Assembly: GCA_963713925.1 (NCBI GenBank)
Contig: OY970212.1
Location: 320,001-384,000, forward strand
From: an uncultured bacterium
GTDB lineage: Bacteria; Babelota; Babeliae; Babelales; Vermiphilaceae
Reading direction: 5' to 3'
Length of the DNA: 64,000 nucleotides
The notes beneath the pieces are model-generated. The model was not told the DNA's origin and searched no databases. It saw only the letters and a list, made by a program, of their open reading frames with translations. Made by a program: the position numbers and the translations under genes. Below are positions 57,062-64,000 of this stretch, piece by piece; position 1 is the first letter of the stretch, and each line of letters opens with the position of its first letter.

Positions 57062-57487
57062 ATGGCACGCGAAATGACATTTGCTATGATCAAGCCTGAT
57101 GCTGTCTCAAAAGGACATATTGGGCAAATCGTTGACGCAATCGAAAAAGCGGGTTTCAACATCGTTCATATGAAAAAGATTCATATGAGCAAAGACATGG
57201 CACATAAGCTTTATGAAGAACATAAAGAACGTCCCTTCTTTGGCGAAATGGTTTCGTTTATCACATCAGGTCCTGTTGTTTTGATGGCTCTTGAAAAAGA
57301 AGATGCTATTAAAGGCTGGCGCGAGCTGATGGGAGCAACAAACCCAACGCAAGCAGAACCGGGAACATTGCGTAAACGCTTTGGAGCATCCATTGGAAAC
57401 AATGCGGTGCACGGCTCAGACAAGCCTGAATCGGCAGCTCGAGAGCTCGGCATATTTTTTGCCCATGAGCTTGAGGCAATGAGCTAA
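57062..57487 (+). CDS. ndk: Nucleoside diphosphate kinase
   Basis: IKPDAV, HKERPFF, GATNP, NAVHGSD. Confidence 0.97.
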   Translation: MAREMTFAMIKPDAVSKGHIGQIVDAIEKAGFNIVHMKKIHMSKDMAHKLYEEHKERPFFGEMVSFITSGPVVLMALEKEDAIKGWRELMGATNPTQAEPGTLRKRFGASIGNNAVHGSDKPESAARELGIFFAHELEAMS

Positions 57488-57505
57488 GACAATTTTGTTA
57501 TTAGG

Positions 57506-57545
57506 GAGAGCGAATGTCACAGAGGTGGCATTCGCTCTTTTTTTA
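57506..57545 (+). terminator. Rho-independent terminator after rpsA-ndk
   Basis: gagagcgaatgtcac-agag-gtggcattcgctct-tttttt. Confidence 0.8.
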
Positions 57546-57581
57546 TCTCCACATAAAGGTGCGGGAGTTTTGGAGGATTAC

Positions 57582-58076
57582 ATGAACTATTCTTTTACGA
57601 AATATATCGTTATATTACCCATCTTTTTTTTGAATGTGCTTGATGCAAGTTTTATCAGAGAGCATCGTTCTCCCACTGTTGTAATAAAAAACAGTTCTCA
57701 AGGGGAATATGAGGTAGATATATATAATATGAGTACGAAACCTTTTATGTCCGTTCATATTTATGCGGCGCATACAAATAAGACCATTGCGGAGATAACC
57801 GGCTATTTTGGAGTTGGAGCTCGTAATTATTTGGCATATGCTATAAACAAGCTTCCGGATATACAACGTCATGCGACAGGTAAGAATTTTATAAAAACAG
57901 AAGTATTTATTCGTAATCTTAAATGTCGTGCCAACAAAGCGATAATCACAGAAGCATTCGAACCAAAAAAACCAAACATATGTGAGGATGGTTTTATCGC
58001 ATACACTCTCGACAAAAATGATTTCCCATTCATTCCTCCGGTCTTTCGAATTGAATCACTTGATAACATAAAATAA
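57582..58076 (+). CDS. Secreted hypothetical protein
   Basis: GGAGGA then ATG 57582; signal ..VLDA. Confidence 0.7.
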   Translation: MNYSFTKYIVILPIFFLNVLDASFIREHRSPTVVIKNSSQGEYEVDIYNMSTKPFMSVHIYAAHTNKTIAEITGYFGVGARNYLAYAINKLPDIQRHATGKNFIKTEVFIRNLKCRANKAIITEAFEPKKPNICEDGFIAYTLDKNDFPFIPPVFRIESLDNIK

Positions 58077-58090
58077 AAGAAAGTTGTTAC

Positions 58091-58810
58091 ATGAAAAACA
58101 TATTGTTCATCACATTGGTGAGCTTTTTTACAATCATTGTATATGCTGCGGATAATTCACGTGTTGTCATAAAAGGCGGAAAATCAACAGGGCGCTTTGC
58201 TAATGCTCAATCAACACAACCTTCTCGTTCACCAGGATTGAGAAACGACTTGGATTCTCAGCCTCGTCCACCAGTATCAGTAAGCAACTTGGATTCTCGG
58301 CCTAGTGTGCCAGTATCCGGAAACAACTTGGATTCACAGCAGCCGGATAATTTTTCCGGGCCATATGATTCGTTTTGGTATACACATTGTTTGCAAGTCA
58401 TGAAGAGAAAGCAGAGCGGCGCAGATCACGATGATTCTCAAGTTGAATGCGATCTTATGCTAGAGCATTCCTCTGGACATCGCTTTGCTCTTTTATCAAC
58501 AGAAATAATCAAAGTTTCTATAATGAATGACTCGGGGTACACGAGTTTGCCGCTTTTGAGAGAGCTCGAGCGTTCAGAATTGGCAAAAAAACATGAAGAT
58601 ATTGTTCCCGCTTTGTTTTCGCGCGCTCTTGATGCGATTTCTTCCAATTATTTCATTGCAGAAAAAAAGTGCGAAGAGAGCTTTAAACGATTTGGTTGTC
58701 GCATGCAACACGAGCATCCATTTCAGTTGAATGCAAAATATGCTCTTTTTTATGTTGATCACAAGCTAAAACTTGGTCGTCTTATACAAAATGGTATCAT
58801 TATACAATGA
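58091..58810 (+). CDS. Secreted hypothetical protein with 13-aa tandem repeat
   Basis: Signal ..VYA; (N/D)LDS(Q/R) three times at a 39-bp period (58248, 58287, 58326). Confidence 0.75.
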   Translation: MKNILFITLVSFFTIIVYAADNSRVVIKGGKSTGRFANAQSTQPSRSPGLRNDLDSQPRPPVSVSNLDSRPSVPVSGNNLDSQQPDNFSGPYDSFWYTHCLQVMKRKQSGADHDDSQVECDLMLEHSSGHRFALLSTEIIKVSIMNDSGYTSLPLLRELERSELAKKHEDIVPALFSRALDAISSNYFIAEKKCEESFKRFGCRMQHEHPFQLNAKYALFYVDHKLKLGRLIQNGIIIQ

Positions 58811-59286
58811 TTAAAAAAATGCTCATCTTAACAATTGCTTTTTTGACGCAGCACATTCATTCATCCAGCTGGATTGAAACGTTGCTTCCTGATGGCTCAC
58901 GATTGAAAAATGAATACACCAAAGAACAACAGCGATTGCGCGATTACAAACCAAAACGATTGGATGAAGTCGAAACGAAACCCACCGTTTTACAATGTTT
59001 TAATCAGTGGCTTGGAATTCAATATGAACACAGAGAATACAAAGACATTCCATTGGATGAGATCATCAAAGTTGTTTCATTATGCCTACCAAACACGCGC
59101 GGCTATCTTAGAGCAAAAGAAGTAGGTTATGTTGAAAAAATACTACGAGTGCCACAACCAAGAGAGCCTTGGCGTCCACGATCCATCGCGATTAAAGAGA
59201 TTGATATACATCTCAATCCGCATATAGAAGGCACAAACGTTCTTGTATCTTCACAAGGATCTGGGCTTACTAAAAGCAATGGATAA
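58807..59286 (+). CDS. Secreted hypothetical protein
   Basis: Signal ..HIHS; ATGA overlap with the previous gene. Confidence 0.7.
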   Translation: MIKKMLILTIAFLTQHIHSSSWIETLLPDGSRLKNEYTKEQQRLRDYKPKRLDEVETKPTVLQCFNQWLGIQYEHREYKDIPLDEIIKVVSLCLPNTRGYLRAKEVGYVEKILRVPQPREPWRPRSIAIKEIDIHLNPHIEGTNVLVSSQGSGLTKSNG

Positions 59287-59297
59287 AAAAAGATGCG

Positions 59298-59954
59298 TTA
59301 ATCACGTTTTGATAGGAGTCGCTCATAGGCGGCTCCTATATTTTTTGAACTGAAAATGGCCTTTGCAACCCCGAACGATTCAACGCCCACCGCTGATAAC
59401 CGTGCACTATTTTGTTCATTTATGCCGCCATCAACTCCAATTTCGAACTTCAGTGTATGCTTCGAGCGATAAGCGACTAGCTCTTCAATCCTATTGAAAG
59501 TTTCGGGTAAAAATGACTGCCCCGATCGCCCTGGTTCGACAGACATCACAAGTATATGGTCAATGCCTCCCGCATAGGGGAACAGATGTTCTAGGGGTGT
59601 TTTTGGGCTTATCGCGAGCGACGCTCTTAATTTTTTTTCTTTTATAACTTTTATAATATTTTCGATGCTTTCTTTGGTTTCAATGTGAAAAGAAATGATG
59701 GAATGTGTCGGCACTGTTATTTTTTCTATATACCACTGTGGGTTTGTCACCATTAAATGAACCCACTGTTGCGGAGCTTTGCTTTTTTTTGCGATTGCGT
59801 TAATAAAATCAGGCCCCCAGGTCAGATTTGGCACAAAATGGCCATCCATCACATCGAGATGATATCCGGGAACATATGGATCAAGTAGGCCAATCACTTG
59901 TTCCAAATTTAAAAGATCTGCGCTGATAAGAGAGGGATATATCTTCGGTACCAT
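59298..59954 (-). CDS. rpe: Ribulose-phosphate 3-epimerase
   Basis: PSLISAD, HLDVMDGHFVPN, HLMV, MSVEPG, VDGGI. Confidence 0.96.
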   Translation of the reverse strand: MVPKIYPSLISADLLNLEQVIGLLDPYVPGYHLDVMDGHFVPNLTWGPDFINAIAKKSKAPQQWVHLMVTNPQWYIEKITVPTHSIISFHIETKESIENIIKVIKEKKLRASLAISPKTPLEHLFPYAGGIDHILVMSVEPGRSGQSFLPETFNRIEELVAYRSKHTLKFEIGVDGGINEQNSARLSAVGVESFGVAKAIFSSKNIGAAYERLLSKRD

Positions 59955-60183
59955 TCTTAAACTCCTATTTCATCCCGAATTTTCAAGCAATCTCCGAACT
60001 CGGGAGGTTATTTTTTCGATCAGTATAGCCTTAGAGAATTGGTTTGGCCACTCCGTTTCGAGCGGCTTACAGCGACCTTGTTGCCTATCGGTAAAACGGC
60101 TATACTGATGGAATACCCCCGATGTAACTTTGTTGGGGGGGGCCGAAAACATCGGTTTCAACCGTCAATTATATGGAGACGTT

Positions 60184-60660
60184 ATGCAATTCAACCCTGT
60201 CGTAAACAAGGTTGCCATGCTTATTTTGATGCAACCGGATTTGGACAAAGCGATAGCTTTTTATCAAGAATTGGGCATACCCCTTAAATTTCGTATGAAA
60301 GATACCTGGGCTGAATTTGAGCTCGATGGTATTAAAATAGGTCTTTGCCAAACCCATCACGAGGCTCAAGATAATCGAACCGGCATTGTGTTGCAGGTAG
60401 AAGACCTACCGAATTTGTATGAGCATATGAAGGGAAAAATAGCCTTTTTAAGCGAGCCGGTAAGTGCGGCGCATGGCATTATGACCAGCATTAAAGACCC
60501 GGGTGGCAACATCTTGGATATTTATCAACCGACTCCCGAACGCTTAAAAGAAGCCCTTGATAAAGCCGCTCGAGAAGCAGAGCAAACCGCCCAGGCTGAT
60601 CAATGCTGTAAGCCTCAAGGTTGCTGTAAAAATGATGACCAAAAAGTTGGTTGTTGTTAA
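60184..60660 (+). CDS. VOC/glyoxalase family protein with Cys-pair tail
   Basis: AIAFYQ.LG, WAEF, DPGGN; ends CCKPQGCC...GCC. Confidence 0.82.
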   Translation: MQFNPVVNKVAMLILMQPDLDKAIAFYQELGIPLKFRMKDTWAEFELDGIKIGLCQTHHEAQDNRTGIVLQVEDLPNLYEHMKGKIAFLSEPVSAAHGIMTSIKDPGGNILDIYQPTPERLKEALDKAAREAEQTAQADQCCKPQGCCKNDDQKVGCC

Positions 60661-60906
60661 AAATTTTTAAAGTGGGAAAAAAGAGCAATAATAAGCTGTT
60701 TTTCTGATATCAGCTACCATAAAATTAGAAAAAATGTTGAGTGTGTTGCTATCAGATAAAATAAGTTGAATTTGTTAGATTTTTTCCTATAATATTGGTA
60801 ATAGTTAATGTGAAGCCCCTTTTATTTTCGGGGCCCCCAATGAAAGCATTATGCAGCGCCATACTGAGAAGTGAGGCGTCATCGGGGTATCTATAAGGAG
60901 TTTATT

Positions 60907-61194
60907 ATGTTCGAGAAATTTCGTCCTCTTGGCGACCGTGTGTTGATTCAAAGAATAGAAGAACAAGAAAGAACAGCTTCCGGGCTTTATATCCCTGATG
61001 CCGCAAAAGAAAAGGCGCAAACCGGCCGTGTAGTTGCCGTAGGAAATGGGAAAACCACCAATGATGGCAGAGTCATTCCAATGGCTGTTAAAGCTGGAGA
61101 CACCGTCTATTTTGGTAAATATGCCGGCACCGAAACAGGCAAAGATCATTTGGTTCTTCGTGAAGATGAAATTTTAGGTATTGTAGAAAAATAA
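60907..61194 (+). CDS. groES: Co-chaperonin GroES
   Basis: [40 protein letters not shown]. Confidence 0.97.
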   Translation: MFEKFRPLGDRVLIQRIEEQERTASGLYIPDAAKEKAQTGRVVAVGNGKTTNDGRVIPMAVKAGDTVYFGKYAGTETGKDHLVLREDEILGIVEK

Positions 61195-61211
61195 AAAACA
61201 AAGGGGACGCC

Positions 61212-61583
61212 ATGAAAAGAATAGTATTGAGCCTTGCACTCATAGCATCAACAGCTCTTTTTGGTAGCGAAAGCGGTAAAAAAGTGTCTGTGTTTGGGTG
61301 CCAAACCTTTATGAGTAAGTGCAAAAATCAAGCGATTGCGGGGATTAGTTCGAGATTTGCACCAATCAAGCAAAAAATGGCTGAGGCTCAGCACCATGAA
61401 GAAGCTCTCTTCAAGTTCAAGGCGAATGCGCTTCGTTCCATGTTTGCAAACAACAATGTCGCGCAAAAAGTGGCGCAAGCACAACATCATGAAGACTTGC
61501 TTATGAAACATCAGGCTACGGCAGTTCGTTCTTTTGCCGTTACATTTGTGGATCGTTACAAAGGCATTACACAGGTGCACTAA
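61212..61583 (+). CDS. Secreted protein with internal duplicated helix
   Basis: Signal ..LFG; QKMAEAQHHEEAL..RS and QKVAQAQHHEDLL..RS. Confidence 0.75.
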   Translation: MKRIVLSLALIASTALFGSESGKKVSVFGCQTFMSKCKNQAIAGISSRFAPIKQKMAEAQHHEEALFKFKANALRSMFANNNVAQKVAQAQHHEDLLMKHQATAVRSFAVTFVDRYKGITQVH

Positions 61584-61592
61584 GGCTAGAAT

Positions 61593-61937
61593 ATGAAAAA
61601 ATTGATAATTTCATTGATAGGGTTAACAATTCTTTCAATAATGTCTGCAGAAAAACCTGCTGAAGATATTTATATCTGGAACGAAAATGACATAGAGGCG
61701 CTTTGCAGAAAATTTGCAGCTAATCCAAATTCATTACCTTCTAATGAATTTGAAGCTCTCATTCAGTCACGATGCAAAGAATGTCGTGGGCTTTTGGGGC
61801 GTGCGCGTACAGCCTCTGATGCATGCAGCGCAATACTTGCTTCGGAAAAAGCAGTGAGATGCTTCAGAAAAGACCTAGAGCCTTTGACAGAAGAATCTGA
61901 ACTTAAGTTCGATCCAAATGGAATTTTTCTAAATTAA
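61593..61937 (+). CDS. Secreted Cys-containing hypothetical protein
   Basis: Signal [19 protein letters not shown]. Confidence 0.72.
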   Translation: MKKLIISLIGLTILSIMSAEKPAEDIYIWNENDIEALCRKFAANPNSLPSNEFEALIQSRCKECRGLLGRARTASDACSAILASEKAVRCFRKDLEPLTEESELKFDPNGIFLN

Positions 61938-61952
61938 TCAGGAGTAAAAAAC

Positions 61953-63593
61953 ATGGCATCAAAAATAATTATCTTCGGTGCGCAAGCACGCGAAAAGGTG
62001 CGCAAAGGCGTCGATACATTGGCTGACGCAGTGAAAGTCACTCTCGGGCCCCGTGGACGTAACGTTATTTTCGAACGTTCATATGGTGCTCCAGCGATCA
62101 CCAAAGATGGTGTGACCGTTGCAAAAGAAATCGAGCTTGAAGATAAGCTTGAAAACATGGGCGCACAGATGGTTCGCGAAGTTGCCAGCAAAACAGCCGA
62201 TGTTGCTGGCGATGGAACAACCACTGCAACCGTGCTTGCACAAGCAATTTTCCGCGAAGGAAACAAATATGTGACCGCGGGTGCAAACCCAATGTCATTA
62301 AAGCGCGGTATTGAAAAAGCTGTTGCAGCCGTTGTTGAAGATATTAAAAAAATGGCAAAGCCAGTCAACAATAAAAAAGAAATTGAACAAGTTGCCACCA
62401 TTTCTGCCAATTCAGACGTTGCAATCGGTGAATTGATTGCTCACGCAATGGAAAAAGTTGGTCGCGATGGCGTGATCACCGTTGAAGAAGCAAAAGGAAT
62501 GTTCGACGAGCTCGACATTGTGGAAGGTATGCAATTTGATCGCGGTTACTTGTCACCTTATTTTGTGACAAACCAAGAGAAAATGGAAACCGTTCTTGAA
62601 AATCCTGTGATTCTCATCCACGAGAAGAAAATCAGCAGCATGAAGTCGATGTTGCCAGTGCTTGAACAAGTTGCAAAAACTGGTCGCTCACTCCTCATCA
62701 TCGCTGAAGATGTTGAGGGCGAAGCGCTTGCAACGCTCGTTGTCAACCGTTTGCGTGGCACACTCAACGTTGCAGCAGTGAAAGCTCCCGGCTTTGGAGA
62801 CCGTCGCAAAGCGATGCTTGAAGATATTGCCACTTTGACCGGCGGTAAGATGATTGCTGAAGAAGTCGGCCTCAAGCTTGAAAGCATCAGTGTGCATGAT
62901 CTTGGTGTCGCAAAACGTGTTGTCTTGACCAAAGATAACTGCACCATCATTGAAGGCCAAGGCAGCCAAGACGCAATCAAGGGACGCGTTGCTCAAATTC
63001 GCATGCAAATTGAAAACACATCATCAGACTACGATCGTGAGAAGCTCCAAGAGCGTCTTGCCAAGATCGCAGGCGGTGTTGCAGTGATCAAAGTTGGTGC
63101 GGCAACTGAAGTTGAAATGAAAGAAAAGAAAGATCGCATTGATGATGCATTGAGCGCAACCAGAGCTGCTGTTGAAGAAGGTATTGTTGCCGGCGGTGGC
63201 GTTACATTGCTTCGCGCGCAAACAGCTGTCGAAAAACTTGCTCTGACCGGTGATGAAAAATTGGGCGCACAAATCGTATGGCGCGCACTTGAAGAACCAT
63301 TGCGCATCATTTCTTCAAATGCTGGTTTTGAAGCATCAGTGATTGTTAACAAAGTGAAATCAGAAACTGGTTCAATGGGCTTTGATGCAAAGAACGGTGA
63401 ATATGTCGATATGGTCAAAGAAGGTATTATTGACCCGGCAAAAGTAGCTCGCTCTGCAATTCAAAATGCTGCTTCAATTGCAGGATTGTTGCTTACCACA
63501 GAAGCAACCATCTGCGAAATTCCACAAGAAAAGAAAGAAGCTGCTCCTGTGAACCCAGGAATGGGTGGCATGGGCGGAATGGGAATGTACTGA
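61953..63593 (+). CDS. groEL: Chaperonin GroEL
   Basis: [31 protein letters not shown] tail. Confidence 0.98.
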   Translation: MASKIIIFGAQAREKVRKGVDTLADAVKVTLGPRGRNVIFERSYGAPAITKDGVTVAKEIELEDKLENMGAQMVREVASKTADVAGDGTTTATVLAQAIFREGNKYVTAGANPMSLKRGIEKAVAAVVEDIKKMAKPVNNKKEIEQVATISANSDVAIGELIAHAMEKVGRDGVITVEEAKGMFDELDIVEGMQFDRGYLSPYFVTNQEKMETVLENPVILIHEKKISSMKSMLPVLEQVAKTGRSLLIIAEDVEGEALATLVVNRLRGTLNVAAVKAPGFGDRRKAMLEDIATLTGGKMIAEEVGLKLESISVHDLGVAKRVVLTKDNCTIIEGQGSQDAIKGRVAQIRMQIENTSSDYDREKLQERLAKIAGGVAVIKVGAATEVEMKEKKDRIDDALSATRAAVEEGIVAGGGVTLLRAQTAVEKLALTGDEKLGAQIVWRALEEPLRIISSNAGFEASVIVNKVKSETGSMGFDAKNGEYVDMVKEGIIDPAKVARSAIQNAASIAGLLLTTEATICEIPQEKKEAAPVNPGMGGMGGMGMY

Positions 63594-63670
63594 TACCCAA
63601 GCTCCGCAAATGCTCCGCTTGGGTGCCCGTAAACCTACGAAGTAAACCTTACGTAGCATTTTAAAAACTG

Positions 63671-63715
63671 AAAGAGACCGATTATCAAATGAGATAATCG
63701 GTCTCTTTTATTTTT
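63671..63715 (+). terminator. Rho-independent terminator after groEL
   Basis: aaagagaccgattatc-aaatga-gataatcggtctcttttattttt. Confidence 0.8.
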
Positions 63716-64000
63716 CTAGTGTGTTTGTCTTATTTGGTATTGTTTGTTTCTATTTTTGCAATAGCCGCGTCGACAACTGACTCAGGATAGTGAATCTACG
63801 CCGCACACTGCCGTAGCTCGATCAGGTCCAAATCAAACACAGTGTTGATTTGGGTGATGATAGTGAAGGCGGAATCTTCGAGGTGGGGTTGTTATGTTCA
63901 AGAGTCGCTTATTTGGCTCGTCTAGGATTTTTTTGTGGCTAAAGCCATCGCTTTATTGTGTGTCGCGTCTATTTTTCGAAATATTTCCATGATGGCGGCA

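Noticed and set aside
60640..60660. C-terminal CC as a Rab-type prenylation signal
   Set aside because: The protein has no export signal and Rab prenylation requires a Rab fold.
60661..60906. CIRCE operator upstream of groES
   Set aside because: No TTAGCACTC-N9-GAGTGCTAA match found.
61934..63659. Long antisense ORFs over groEL (and over valS, recD2, rpsA, the helicase)
   Set aside because: Shadow frames caused by codon bias of conserved genes; no RBS or motifs.
63716..64000. Possible decayed gene on the minus strand at the window end
   Set aside because: Only short stop-interrupted frames; no recognisable homology without flanking sequence.

Overview
AT-rich bacterial chromosome segment with no rRNA, tRNA, CRISPR array or classical transposase/integrase that I can see. 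Housekeeping genes (valS, hisS, ybeY, ung, ogt, tag, recD2, ftsQ-ftsA-ftsZ, rlmB, dps, rpsA, ndk, rpe, groES, groEL) are interleaved with dozens of small orphan ORFs carrying Sec-type signal peptides, plus Cys-rich proteins resembling outer-membrane beta-barrels. By inference this fits an intracellular parasite of protists, most likely Dependentiae/Babelota (TM6). Main observations: (1) a small GIY-YIG nuclease gene enclosed by a perfect 43-bp inverted repeat, with an internally deleted copy of the same element 2.3 kb away, suggesting a REP/REPIN-like autonomous and non-autonomous pair; (2) more than 20 copies of a polar mini-hairpin repeat (GGGYCCC...GGGTA) that also sits in frame inside valS, ftsQ and a GerMN-like gene; (3) two divergent ~200-nt copies of a structured element with compensatory stem changes upstream of rpsA; (4) exported proteins with eukaryote-type sorting signals: signal peptide plus mitochondrial-presequence-like leader, C-terminal CaaX boxes, an F-box-like motif, Zn-knuckles and possible ubiquitin-like folds; (5) a two-gene islet bounded by a ~395-bp duplication of the rlmB 3' half; (6) groES and groEL separated by two secreted orphans. 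All family calls come from motif recognition by eye; no database searches were run.
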